Shown: positions 51,608-64,000 of the stretch, piece by piece | How the letters are laid out: each line of letters starts with the position of its first letter | Numbering within the stretch: the first letter of the stretch is position 1 | Assembly: GCA_013265495.1 (NCBI GenBank) | Contig: MU058584.1 | Coordinates: 2,608,508-2,672,507, forward strand | Direction: 5' to 3' | Source of the DNA: Vicugna vicugna | Taxonomy: Eukaryota | DNA length: 64,000 bases | Position numbers and translations under genes: made by a program | The notes under the pieces: generated by a model | Database searches by the model: none | What the model saw: the letters and a program-made list of their open reading frames with translations, nothing else | What the model was told of the DNA's origin: nothing

Positions 51608-52913
51608 CTGTCTCTCACAGAGAATGTGGAGTAGGCTTACAGCAACCCAGAGAGCCAGGAGGCACCAGCAAAGGAAGGAGCGATGGAGGTTGCATGCTTC
51701 CATGTACATTTTTCAGGGTAGGAGACATCTGAGATCACTGCCTTGCCTGCTTTTGGGGAGCCACGTACTTCTGCAAGGGTGAAGGGCTTCCCAATTGTAG
51801 CCTGTTGATGAAGAAAATAAACACCATTCAAAACAAACCACCCCATATATTTGAATCTAAACGAATTCTTGGGGAAAGTGCTAGAACCAATGTCACATTC
51901 CCTTTGGCACGTTCCACTTTGCAGGGATTATGTCTGGTGTCCTTTGTCCCCACTTCGAGGGCCAGAATTCCCTCTCATCACACCCCAGCTGTTAGAGTAG
52001 GGAATGCCAGCTGTGGTTCCTCGCATCACTGTCAAGCCACCTAACGCACAGCTTCTCAACCATACGAAACATTGGGACACTGTGGTGAGTCAGGAAGATG
52101 TCCTTGGAGTGTCTCCACTTCTTGGATTTCTTCACTCTCCTTTGCCGATGTATCCATGGGACGTCGAAAGGACCAACAAAAGTCCCCAGTGTGTGTGTAT
52201 AAGGACAAATTCTCTTCATTGAGTACTTACTTTGTGCCAGGCACCACAATACACATTTTACACATATTATCCCATCCAAGACTCACAACAGCCCATTTTA
52301 CAAGTGAGGGAAGGGAAGCACCAAATGTTTACCCAAGGTCACCAGCTATCAGGTGGAAAAACTAGAAATGAAATCCAGGTGTGCAGAACTTTAAAGCCTC
52401 TGTTTTAAAACAGCGTATTACCTGAATCATTGACTACTTCTGTCCTCAATTTCTCTCTTCTCTAAAATCATTTAAACACCTAAAATGTACATCAAATCAT
52501 TGCCAATTTATTCCCAGACAATAATGTATTATTTGCTGATAGATTCAAGTGTCTTGAAATCCACTCAGACACAGAGACGGTGCCTTCAGTATCTTTGATG
52601 TTTCCTGGGTGACCAGTCTGAGGCTGGTCACAGAGGATGCGCTATTTTGTTTACCATCCTATCCCCAACACTTAGAATGATGCCTGCCTGGCATGTAGTA
52701 GAGATTCACTAACTATTGAATGAATAATTAAAGGCATGAATTCTCAGAAACTTCTCTCTAGTCTGTTCAAGTCTTCATCCCTCACCTGGAACATGCAACT
52801 GCCTCCTGCCCAGCTTCCTTGCCTGCAGTGTTACCTCCATTCCAATCTACCCTCTGTACTCCTATGTTGAAAGCACAAATTAAGTAACATCACAACTGTG
52901 TTAACAAACTTCT

Positions 52914-53164
52914 TTTTCTTTTTCTTTTAATTGAAGTATAGTTGATTTACAATGTTGTGTTAGTTTCTGGTGTACAGCATAAGGATTTATTTATATATAT
53001 ATACACACGTGTGTGTGTGTGTGTGTGTATATATATACATACATATATATATATATTCCTTTTCATATTCTTTTTCATTATAGGCTGTTACAAGGTACTG
53101 AATATAGTTCCCTGTGCTATACAGTAGGACCTTGTTGTGTATCTATTTTATGTATAGTCATTAC
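52914..53164 (-). mobile_element. L1 3'-end insertion with internal (TA/TG)n
   Basis: L1 tail motif. TSD acaaacttct at 52904-52913 and 53165-53174. Confidence 0.85.
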
Positions 53165-54599
53165 ACAAACTTCTGATCAGACTTTGCATAACCATCAGCA
53201 GACAGTGAAGCAAGATACTACACAAAACACTTCACATTCTGGCATCAGTCTTGCCATTCTCCTGTAACACCAGGATCTCAGTCCCCCAGAGGAACCCTAC
53301 ATTCCAGTCCCTCCTCTCATGCCCGATATGGTCTTACTTCTGCAACCCTGCATATGCAAAGCCCCACCATTCTAACAATGTACTCATCTGCCTTTCATCA
53401 TCTGACAATGACCTACTCTATCAAGGCCAAGCTACAAAGTCACATCCATTGTGAGCACTTTTTACAATAGTCCCCTGATCCCTCTGCCCCAATACACATC
53501 TGCACAGCCCAAGAGGAATCACTGATCCCATCTCTGTGATCAGAGCACTTGGCATCTCCACTGTAACACGCACGCATATTCTATTTTACTGTGAAGTATT
53601 TTGTTACAGGAGTTTCTTACCCACTGAGAAAGCTGAGTGCTTGTAACAGAGGATGCTTTCCTTTCTCTTGTAACTACTAGTATCTAACCCAGAGTCTGAC
53701 AGATAGGCTCTCAAAATGTCTGCTGACCTAGCCTCAATTTAATTTAGCCAGCGTCAATCAGAGAATAAGGAATAAACAGTCACGGACTTAAGACTAATTC
53801 TCTGAGGTCTTCACCACCAAGGCCAAACTGAAAACTCAAGTAATTACTTGGGTAGATAATTCACGAAAGAAGGAAAACCATTTGCATTTGAATGATCTCG
53901 CGAGGATTTTCTGCTCGTTGATGTTTCTGGAATTTTTCGGATAATGGCTTCAATTGTTCAATCCTTTCATGGCATAGGAGTAGGCCAGAAAGTTAATCTG
54001 TCAATCACTCTCCCACGTGAAACCAGGCAACTCTCAACCAGTTCTGCCGAACAGAAAGCATCCATAGAAACCAAGTTTTAAAAATGCCGTAACGCAGAGG
54101 AGGAAGGGCCTGCAAAGTTCAGACTCAGCGCTCTGAAGAGCCCCTAAAGCAAGCCAGCTGGTGTTAAGTTTCTTCCCTGCTATTTACATAACCTCAGATC
54201 TGGCTACCCTTTATTTGCGCCCGTAGGATTCTCAAGGTTGGGGCATGAAGGAGAGAGAGTGAACAGGCTCGGGGAGACAAATCAGGAAATATTATCTGCA
54301 GCCCAGTGGGCAAGAGTCCTGGGTCCCAGGAACAAAATCCAATCCAGGACCCCCAGGACCTCTGGGAGCCAGAAGGAAAAGCCCAGTTCAGGTGGCCTGC
54401 GTCCGTCTGTGCATCTGTCTGTCCTGCTCTGAGTGCACAGGCAGCGGTGGCGACGTGGGGTGAGCACGAAGGTAATCTCAGCCTCCCCAAACTCAACAAC
54501 ATGACCCTCCCTCTTAAAACAAACACACACATACTCACATAGAGAGACACACACACACACACTGGGACACGCAAATCCCCAGCACCTGCTTCGGAAAGC

Positions 54600-55400
54600 C
54601 CTTCCTCCAAGGCTGGCCGGCGGGCGAAGGCGGCTCCACCAGAAGAGAGAGGCGGATTTACCGTGGCATTACTTTTAATTAACTCTGCGGCGCGGCGCGG
54701 GGAGCGCAGGGTGGGCCCTAATCCCGGGCCCGCCTGACGTCACCTGGGAACCCGGCGGCGCGGGGCGGCGGGGCCCGGCGACGACCCCGCCGCGACCCGG
54801 GCGCGCCTCCGCCCGCTCTGGGCTTCGCTCGGCGGGGAATTAAGAGAAGGAGAAATGTTAGTACACTTTTAATTGGAAACCGAGTTCTGCTTTCAGAGCG
54901 GCTTGTTTACTCAGGGCCGGGCATTAGAACTCAGGGGAGGCTCTAATTGAAGTGACGGCTTTGGAGATTACGGGGAACATATGGCCCTGCCGCCGGGCTC
55001 TTTATCTGCATTTTCTCATAAAACTGCCGTCGTCCGTATGTGTTTCTGCGCTCGCCCTCGCCCTCGTCCGTTTCCAAAGGGCCTCGGAGGAGCGGCTGAA
55101 TGCGGTGCTGGGATCCGCGGGGGCGCCCGGCACGGTGCGCTCCCTCCCGGCCCGATGCTACCCAGGGGCCCCGCCTCGGCTCGCTGGCTCAGCCGGCGCG
55201 CTGACGGGGAAAATGAGAGCGAGAAAGGAAAGAAATCGGACTGGTGACGGCCGCCGAGTAGGGGCGTCGCTCACTCTTGCGAGCTGACTGCAGGAGGGAG
55301 TTGCCACGGTAACGGGAGACTCCCACTCGCCGCCTTCCTCTAAGGCCCGAGAGAGGGAGCCTCCTTGTGCCCGGCTGGGGCCAAGCCCGCACACTAAGGG
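54600..55400. promoter_or_regulatory. Intronic CpG island (candidate enhancer or alternative promoter)
   Basis: ~800 bp of very high GC and CpG density, with a GC box (GGGGCGG) and CRE TGACGTCA at 54735-54742, in otherwise CpG-depleted intron. Confidence 0.85.
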
Positions 55401-55559
55401 GAATGGGAACTCTGGTGTCTTGCGACAGAATTTCATTTCTCCCTATCTACCATCAACCAACCAGTCAGTCAGTCCATCATCTATGTACACACCTATGCAG
55501 GCTCCAGCACCAAGCACCACCCTGTCGGTCCCCCTACTTCCCACCAGATTCTCACTGTA

Positions 55560-55722
55560 GCTAGAGGTGCCCGATAAAATACAGGACACACAGTTGAACT
55601 TGAATTTCTGATAAACAATCATTTTTACATGGCATGAGACGTAGTTGCCCAAAGAATATTATTCACTCTTTATGGGAAACTCAAACTTACCTGGGTTTTT
55701 GTTTGCTAAATCTCACCACCCC
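55560..55722. mobile_element. MER53-like palindromic MITE
   Basis: gataaaatacaggacacacagttgaacttgaatttctgataaacaa...tttgctaaatct. Confidence 0.65.
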
Positions 55723-57659
55723 TCTCATTCTAAGGAAAAAGCTGCCTTCCGTCTTAATGCTAGAATCTCTCTGGTTCCCCACCAGAGCTCTGCAGTTGGG
55801 AAAAACAGCTGATTGAGGCGCCCCAACTCTGTCCCTCCGGGCTTCACCGGTGGTTCTCAACCTTGGGTGCACTTCAGACTCATCCAAGGAGCTCTAAAAA
55901 AATCCCCAAAGCCGAGGCTGCACCCCAGACCCATCAAATCCTCAAGGCCCATTCCGTGGGAGTCCAAAGTATTCTTTTAAAATGCATATGTAGAAAAAGT
56001 TTTGTAGGGTGACTACTTTGAAGAGTAACTCTCCGTTGAACACGTAATCTTACTTATTTGGCTAATGACTGTCACCGTCTGTTAGAATATAAGTTTCTTA
56101 AGAGCAAAGCTCTCACTCTAGCCCCTATATAGGCCTGATACATAGTCTGTGCTCTAAAATACTTGCTCATTAGTCAAAGCTCATTTACTTCTATATGCTC
56201 CTCCACGCCTCAGACCCAATCCTTGCACCATGCAGGTGCTTAGCAAATTGCTACAGAAGGGGTGCTGAGTTGGTTCAGCCACAGCTTTCCCACCCTGATG
56301 GATCCCAAAGAAGGAACACCTGGATGCTCTTCTTGAACACTAGCTTGGTCCACCCATCCCACCCAGTGCACATGTGCACATGCTACTCAAATCCCTACTC
56401 AGATCCCTGAGAAGAAGACAAGTATGCCTCTGGATCCCAGTGTGCAAACCTGGATTTGGACCACTAAGAATCCAAATGGTTCTAAACTACTCAGTCCTCC
56501 ATGTACTTCTTACCCCCATATGCTTTTACAGCGCTTGGAGGAAGCCATAACCTGGTTTTAGTAAACTGGGCTTTGGGGTTTTTCCTAGGTCACTGATGTC
56601 AGGGCACAGGAAAATACACGGCGTGATTCTTCCTTTTACTCAGTATAGCATCCAAAGCTTCTTCAGACCCATCATGAAACCTCTTGGTTGGAAATCTAAA
56701 AGTTGATGGGCTTGGCTGGAACGTCACTGCAGGAAAACCAGAGTCTTCTCTACACCTCCTCCACCCCCCGCCCCCATCTTCAGCCACACGATAATAAAGG
56801 AAAGTGAGTCTCTGATTCTTCAGCTCAGGTCATGAAAGGTCAAAGTCATGGGTTAGCTCTGAATGGCCAGAGGCGTCATTCCTCACATTCACCAATCTTA
56901 CTGCAAAGCCCTGCCCATGCACCCAAAGAGGATCCGACAGAAAGATGGATAGAAGCACAAATGTCATCCCTGCCCCTGGAAAAACAAATCTGAGGGCATT
57001 TCTCCTGAGAGTGGGCTTATAACAGATGGTAGGACATTCCGGGTCAGCCTATGGAAGCCTGCTGGAAGAAGTTTTGGTATGTGCTGATTTACTCCACCAT
57101 GACACTCTCATCAGTCTAATTAATGGGGCTGTGGTTTGCATGCTGATACCTCTCGTCTGGACAAAAAGAACAACTGGTTTTTCCTGCCGTCATCCAATAA
57201 GCCGCAGGATCAGAACGGAAGTTTGTCAAGTAATTATAAAAACAAAACAATAATAGTACACTTCTAAATGCACACTTCTAAAGTACTTCCACATTCACAC
57301 ATCCAGTTGTCTTTGGATCCTTCAGAGCTTCCTATTTCCTTCTAAGGGGTGCTCATTTGACGCACAGTGAAAGTGATTAATCTTGAGGGGGAAAGGGGGG
57401 TTAGAACAGAAGGCGAACTTGTGACTGATGTGGAGGGGAGTGTAAACTCAGCGCAAATCACCTCGTTGTCATTGCTTTAATTACATGTGAAAAGGTTCTT
57501 CAATTGGGGTCTCTCAGGTAGTAAGTCCTACCAAGTATCTGGAGCACTGCCACCACCAGCAGGGAGAGCTGCCAGTGAAACACGAGAACAAAACGTGAGG
57601 TCTATTTTAATACACGTGTACGTTTCTATCAACTCGGCAACACAGCATAACGCTCGATG

Positions 57660-57890
57660 CAACAGGCTGTGGAGATGCGCTGCCTGGGTTTGAATTCCGA
57701 CTCTTTCAATGACCAGCTTTGGGATCGTAAGTAAATGAGTAACTTTTCCAGGCTCATCTTCCTAATCTGTAGGATGGGAATAATCATCACTCTGCCTGCC
57801 TCATCAGCATGATACAAAGGTGAAGTTAGTTCATCCTCGTAAAGGGCTTAAGGCGATGCTTTGTGCAGAGCAAGGGCTTAATAACTGTTA
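57660..57890 (+). mobile_element. MIR SINE
   Basis: ctgcctgggtttgaattcc...tcttcctaatctgtaggatgggaataatc. Confidence 0.65.
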
Positions 57891-60165
57891 ACATCATCAT
57901 CATCATCATCACCAGGCAAAGATCACAATGATCACTTGTCCACTTGACCAGTTCTTTATCTTTTTTTTTTCTTACAGGGCTTGTGCAAGAGAAACAAATG
58001 CACACAGCACACTGCTACAGATTAAATACACTCTGAAGCAACTGCACTAATTTTAAATTATGGTTTCTATCAAAATTATTCAGTGTGAGCACATGTCCAA
58101 AATTAAATTACAGCTCAGTAGCAAAGAGAGAATGCATCGTCTGAACCCATATATTCCCGGTAACTTTTCAAGCACCGAAGATAAACTCTACCCAACTCAC
58201 AATTATAGCGAAGGCTGAGTATCAAGTGTCGTGACTCGGTAATTGGTAGAATTAAGTTCTTATTCTGGCTTATCCCTGACTCAAGTATCCTGTGTCCCTC
58301 TTTCTCCATTTATAACACGAAGACAAAACAAATACACCAGAAGACAAAGGTTCAGAAGAGAAGACAGGCACTGAGGGCAGCAAATAATTCTGGTAGTCAA
58401 TTTCATGATTGTGATATTAACAAGAGACAAAACTTGATTTTGAAAACAACCTCAGAGGCTCAGGCAATTATAACTGCCTCTTGCCTACTAACCAGAGACA
58501 CCAGATTAATACATCAGAAAATGTCCACGAAGACCTCTGTGCTAGTCATGGTATAAATATGCGTGCTCTTCATTTTTCTTTAATAATACCAACGGAGACC
58601 AAAACAGACAACATTTACCGTGTGTTTACTCTGCACAGGGCACCAGGCCAAGTCTTCCAGCCAGACGACACACCCTGTGTCTTTGGTTTTAGTCTCAGCA
58701 CCTAACACAGTGTGGGTATATGCAGAAGATTCAAACATATTTATCGGCTTGAAATTTGAGGAATTTATACCAATTTCAAAACCCAGGGGCAGGTTTGAAA
58801 GTGATTGCTCTTTGAAGCAGTATTTTTCAAACTTCAGGCCATGATCCAACAGTGGATTGTGAAATTAATACAGTGAGCTAAGACTAGAATTAAAAAATAA
58901 ACATAATGGGTAACATCAGTGTGTAGGTTAAGCAGTAAGTCAGTCGAAGCACTGAAATTTTTATTTCACACACACACATGAACATGTATGCTAGGACATG
59001 ATTAAAAATGGATTTTTACCGAGCTGCTGTTAAAATTTTCTAGAAAATGCTCTTGTCAAGGAGTCTTTTGAACATAGTGCTTTAGAAGAAAATATAAAAA
59101 TGAGTTAAATATATGTCTTAACAACTATAAGGTTTATCTATGTAGTTTCATACCTATCAAGGTTTTTTGGTTTTGTTTTCGTTTTGTTTTTGTTTCTAAT
59201 GGCTCACCCCTTTGTTTCTTAAAGGAAAGAGTGACAGGACTGATCTCCAGGCGATGTCCCTTCCCCATCTCCCAACCCCTTTAGATCAACAAAGTTGGCC
59301 TCACTGTTCCCCTGATATTATGAGGCTGGCTTTGAGATGTTTTTTCTGAGTTGTGTTGCTCAGTATTCACTAACTCCTCTGCCTTTTTTTTTTTCCTGCA
59401 ATTAAAACACTGCATTTAGCACAGAGCCTGACACAGTGGTGGCGTCTCTAAGAAATATCTATTGGATTAAAGGATGGTAAGGTGGCTGCCTGCAAGGACA
59501 GAAATAGATCATGGCATGTAACAGAGCCATGCTAACAGGCCTCTGCAGGAGTACCACGCATTCTCTAATGGGTACCTGTCAGGTTCAGTGTCCTTTTTGG
59601 ACCCAAAGATGAAGACTGCAGGAGAGAAAGGGGCAAAGTTCAACACATCCTTCCCACTCTAGCTTGAAATTCCTATTGCGTCCCAGAAGTGACTGCAAGA
59701 CTGGTTTCCTCCTGGTCTTCTGCACTGACTTTTCAGGGTGCAATGCTGGCTATCATGTTCAGAGACTGCAGACCACCTCTGAGACACAGTGGCTCATGGA
59801 GGGAACTGGTCCCTCTCCGGGTCCTGCACCCTAGCCATCCCAAATGACAGGCCCTCTCTCTGCGCTCCCCTGAGATGCCCTCTGGTCAGCTATGTGGAAG
59901 CATCCAAAATAGAAGCGCAAAGACAGAAGACGAGACGTTTGTGAAATGATAGATCTTTGGGGAAATAAGCTTATGAGCCATGAGTTATCCAGAAGGACGG
60001 AGCCTCTGTACCAGGACATAACAATGATGCCTACCATTTCACTGGGCATCAGCCAAATTTCGGGCCCTTGATATGTGTTACATCTCTGCATTCTTACAGC
60101 AACCCACAAAGGATGTATGACCACTTTTTGCTGATTAAGAAATAGAGTCCTGGGCAGGAGAAGTA

Positions 60166-60652
60166 CAGGCACACCTCATTTCATCAGCCATCTCTTCATC
60201 GTGTTTTGCAAATATTGTTTTGTTTTGTTTTTTAACAAATTGAAGGTTTGTGGCAACCCTGCATTAAGCAAGTCTGTCGGCGCCATATTTCCAACAGCAT
60301 TTGCTCACTTCGTGTCTCTGTATCACCTGCTGGTAGTTTTCACAATATTTCAGATTTTTTCATTACTCTTAACATTTGGTACAGTGATCTGTAATCAGTG
60401 ATCTCTGATGTTCCTATTATAATTGTTTTGCCTTTTGGGGGGCAATAAAGTATTTTTTAATTAAGGTATGTGCAAGTGCATGTGTTTTTAGATATAATGC
60501 TATTGCTCACTTAACAGACTACAGTATAAAGTAAACATAACTTTTGTATGCACTGAGAAGCCAAAAAATTCATGTGACTCGCTTTACTGAGACGCTCTGT
60601 TTTGTTAATGGTGGTCTGAAACCGAACCTGCAGTATCTCCGAGGTCTGCCTG
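60166..60652 (+). mobile_element. Non-autonomous Tigger1-like TcMar element inserted in a MIR
   Basis: TIRs CAGGCACACCTC / GAGGTCTGCCTG, TA on the left flank, Tigger1-like body (aacaaattgaaggtttgtggcaaccctgc). Confidence 0.85.
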
Positions 60653-61809
60653 CCACTTTTCCCAAGGTCTCGTTGCTTGTGAGTATCGGCAAGACTTAAA
60701 TTTAGATCTCAAGCCCTTTTACTACAATGTGGAGAAGGCGACTTCCTCATACCTCCTGCTGACTTTCCTTTGCGTTTTAAAATTCATGACTATGAACTGA
60801 CGAGATAATCCCATAGGACAGTCAGGCATTTTCCAGAACTCATGAGGTAACCGCTGCCTCTCTAGTCTAATTTATTGGAGAACAAGAAGAGTTCCAAGAT
60901 GGGTTGAAATACTTCTGTAACTAATATTTACAAGAAAAAGAAAATCCGTTCCTAGGCTGTAGAAGGAAATTAAAACCAGTGTCTCAGTGCCAGTGGTGAT
61001 GGACCTGACTCAGACAGGGAGGAGGAGACAGAGGTATCACACAACGAGGCCCATAAGAGAGACATCTGGATCTTTCAAAACCGCAATATCCCGTATCCTA
61101 GGAAAACTTAAGAAGGAAGAAGGATGCACAAACTCTGTTATGTGTGAGGAATCTTTCATTCTAGCTTCAGTAAAACAAAGTCATTCTGGAGGTTGGTGTT
61201 TTCCTGTTAAGGATCATGGACCACGGAGCTGAACAGGACAAAGTTAACATATTCACACAATAAACGTTTTCTGAGTGTCTACTGCCTGCCAGGCACCGTG
61301 CCAGGGCCAGGTGAGTGCAGACCATAAGAACAGAAGCAGCATAAGCCTGCCAGTGCAATCCAGACTGCCCAGTGGACACAGGCCAAGGAATCGCTGCAGG
61401 CATCCAAAACGTAAAACCTCCTTTGCGGAAAGTCCCTCATCATGGGACTTCCTGACCCAGGCTTCCTCTGGGAAAATCCCTCTACAAAAGCAGAGCATCA
61501 AAAAGAGTCCCATCTTAGGCTGCTGACAGTTTTAACTCTCAGAAGATAAAGGAAGGAATGCAGGGCTTTCTCAGACTTTGAACTTGGGTCTGATCAAGGA
61601 AGAGCTGGTAAACCAAGAGGATGCAATGGTTTGAACCTTGGGAGAAAATCATAGCTGAGGAATAATCACAATCTAAAATGCATTCTCGTCTTCAGTTAAG
61701 AAAACCATAAAATGGTAAACAGGTGAACCCCGAAACAAGCAAGCGAAAAACCAGACCAATCCCATGGTGAGAGATGCTAAAAGGAAGTAAAATGTAACGG
61801 ATACTGCCG

Positions 61810-62185
61810 CAGAGTGGCAGAAACGAAATTCTGATGAGGTAGTTCTGGTGATTTCCAAAGTGACGGAAAAAAGGCAACTGAACATAAGTATGACATAAAA
61901 CTGAATGCAACGTGGTATCCTAGACTGGATCCTGGAATGGATAAAGACATTAGTAGGAAATCTCTTGAAACCAAATAAAGTCTATCAGTTAGTTCACAGT
62001 GCTGTACCAATATTAATTTCTTGGTTTACAGGTTTACATGGTACATTTATCAAAATGTACCTCTAAATGTAAAATGTTAACATTAGGAGAAGCTGGGTGA
62101 AGACTGTATGGGGACATCTGTCCCATTTTGCAATTGCACTGTAAATCTAAAATTTTATATCCAGATTTTTAAAGTTTTAAAAAAC
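61810..62185 (+). mobile_element. Old L1 3' end (L1MB/MC-like)
   Basis: gcaacgtggtatcctagactggatcctggaa...gtaaatctaaaatt motif. Confidence 0.65.
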
Positions 62186-62238
62186 CACTGTGCAGCACAT
62201 TCGCAGATGACTTCTGATGTTAAAAGACAATGTGAAGA

Positions 62239-62381
62239 GGGGGAAGGTATAGCTCAGTGGTAGAGTACTTGCGTAGCGTGAGTACATGAGGTCCTAGGTT
62301 CAATCCCCAGTACTTCCATTAAATAAATAAACCTAATTACCTCCTCCCTAAAAGAAAATTTAAAAAAAAAGAAAGAAAGAA
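62239..62381 (+). mobile_element. tRNA-derived SINE (vic-1-like)
   Basis: GGTATAGCTCAGTGGTAGAG...GGTTCAATCCCC head and A-rich tail. TSD aatgtgaaga at 62229-62238 and 62382-62391. Confidence 0.85.
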
Positions 62382-63353
62382 AATGTGAAGATAAGACAGC
62401 TAGGTAATTTAAAAATGCAACATGGACCAGCCAGGAGCCATGATTGCCTATAATCAGCCCTCGAGTCCTCACCCCTTCTCCTAGGTCAAAAAAAGCTAAC
62501 GAATCATGGGCCACATCAATAAAATATGATGTCTATGACAAGCAGTAATAACAGCGTGGTGCTAGTTCAGAGCACACAGAGAAGACTTTATCCTCTTCTG
62601 GGTGGTACCTTCTAAAGAGAATGTAGTATTTTTACAGATAGAGCAAAGAGCTTCTTCTAAGGGATGGTTGGAAGAATGAGGAAGAGCTGGAATGGAAAAG
62701 AGAAGACTTAGTGGGTATAAGGGTCTCCATCTTCAACGAGAAGGGCTGCCACATGTTGGGGAGACTGAGCTCCTCCTGAAAGCTAAACCAAGGCCAAGGT
62801 TGAGGGTACACATGGAAACGGACATGAGGGTTTGACATAACAATTCTGACAATCCACACTGAGAATGTGAGGTCGAGAGCTCCATGTGGTTAGACAAACT
62901 CAAACAGAGGCTAGATAAACATCTGGTGGGGGTCTGGACTGGATAACCTCTAACGTGCCTACCAACTGCTCCAGATTCTCTTATCAAGGAGGCACAGGCA
63001 CGACTGTTGCCAGGTGTCTCCCCGAGGCTCCTGGCATCCACGTTACCCAGTTAACCCAAAGAAAATGGTCTGACTCTAGCTAAAAATTCCATTCTGCTGC
63101 TTTGAGAGGCTGCTTCAAGGCTACTGGCAAGGCAGGGACCAGGACAAAAGAGGGTTTTCTGGCCACACAAGAAAAGGACATCCAGCAGCTGAGCACCTCC
63201 TGAGTTTGGTGTCCCACACAGCTCTAAAGGTGCCACGCGCTTCTGTGTAAGTCGGAAGAGTCAGCATATTTATAAAACCATGTATCCTAGGTTTAGGCAG
63301 CCCGTGAGGTCACTAACTCTAGTCTTCCACCAACTTGAATTAAAATGTTAAGA

Positions 63354-63846
63354 AAGCCACTATGGAGGGCAGCATGGGGGTTCCTTAAGAAACGAAAAAC
63401 AGACTTACCATATGACCCAGGAATCCCGCTCCTGGGCATATATCCAGAAGGAACCCTACTTCAAAATGACACCTGCACCCCAGTGTTCATAGCAGCACTA
63501 TTTACAATAGCCAAGACATAGAAAAAACAAAAATGTCCATCAACAGACGACTGGATAAAGAAGATGTAGTATGTACATATATACGTATGTATGTATTTAT
63601 TTATTAATTAATATATATATGTAAAAGTACTCAGCCATAAAAAAAGAATGAAATAATGCCATTTGCAGCAACATGGATGAACCCAGAGATGATCATATTA
63701 AGTGAAGTTAAGTCAAAAACAAATATCATATGATATCACTTCTATGTGGGATCTAAAAAAAAAAATGAATAAATCACTCTGCTTTATACTTGAAACTAAC
63801 ATTGCAAATCAACTACACTTCAATAAAAAATTTAAAAATAAATACA
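63354..63846 (+). mobile_element. 5'-truncated L1 (ORF2 end plus shortened 3' UTR)
   Basis: Encodes a remnant LPYDPGIPLLGIYP...FIAALFTIAK. 13-bp TSD taaaatgttaaga at 63341-63353 and 63847-63859. Confidence 0.9.
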
Positions 63847-64000
63847 TAAAATGTTAAGAGACAAGCAGGTTTATTTCCCACAAAGGGAGTCTAGCCTGCA
63901 CACTTTCTGGACATGGTTCTACCCTATGTTGAACCAAAACTTGTCATTTCACCCTCACTACATGGATCGGTATCCTTGGGTGTGACTCTCATTCCTTCCT

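Noticed and set aside
62239..62320. tRNA-like sequence (also at 11250, 15810, 36265)
   Set aside because: Followed by A-rich tails and flanked by TSDs, with no intact cloverleaf; these are SINEs, not tRNA genes.
37414..64000. Search for the LIM2-encoding exon of LMX1A
   Set aside because: No LIM-type Cys/His pattern or KGDYEKE-like peptide found; the exon must lie beyond the window.

Overview
Mammalian genomic DNA, most likely from a camelid (four tRNA-derived vic-1-like SINE copies). The only protein-coding gene I can support is the 3' half of LMX1A (LIM homeobox transcription factor 1-alpha) on the minus strand. Five coding exons (37413-37241, 34180-34103, 32653-32584, 30435-30265, 28343-28183) have GT-AG boundaries and join in frame to encode the linker, homeodomain, poly-Q tract and C-terminus. 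A probable ~2 kb 3' UTR ends near 26170. Positions above 37413 are one large intron; the LIM-domain exons lie beyond the window end. Positions below ~26100 are intergenic. The rest is interspersed repeats (L1, L2, MIR, MaLR/ERVL LTRs, hAT and TcMar fossils) and microsatellites, and almost all listed ORFs are spurious. I found no new protein-coding system. The best leads are regulatory: an intronic CpG island with clustered LMX1-, OTX/PITX-, FOX- and CRE-type motifs, several homeodomain-motif clusters, an intronic hairpin, a triple seed-match cluster in the 3' UTR, and nested transposon insertions with intact target-site duplications. Repeat family names are from visual recognition, not a database search.
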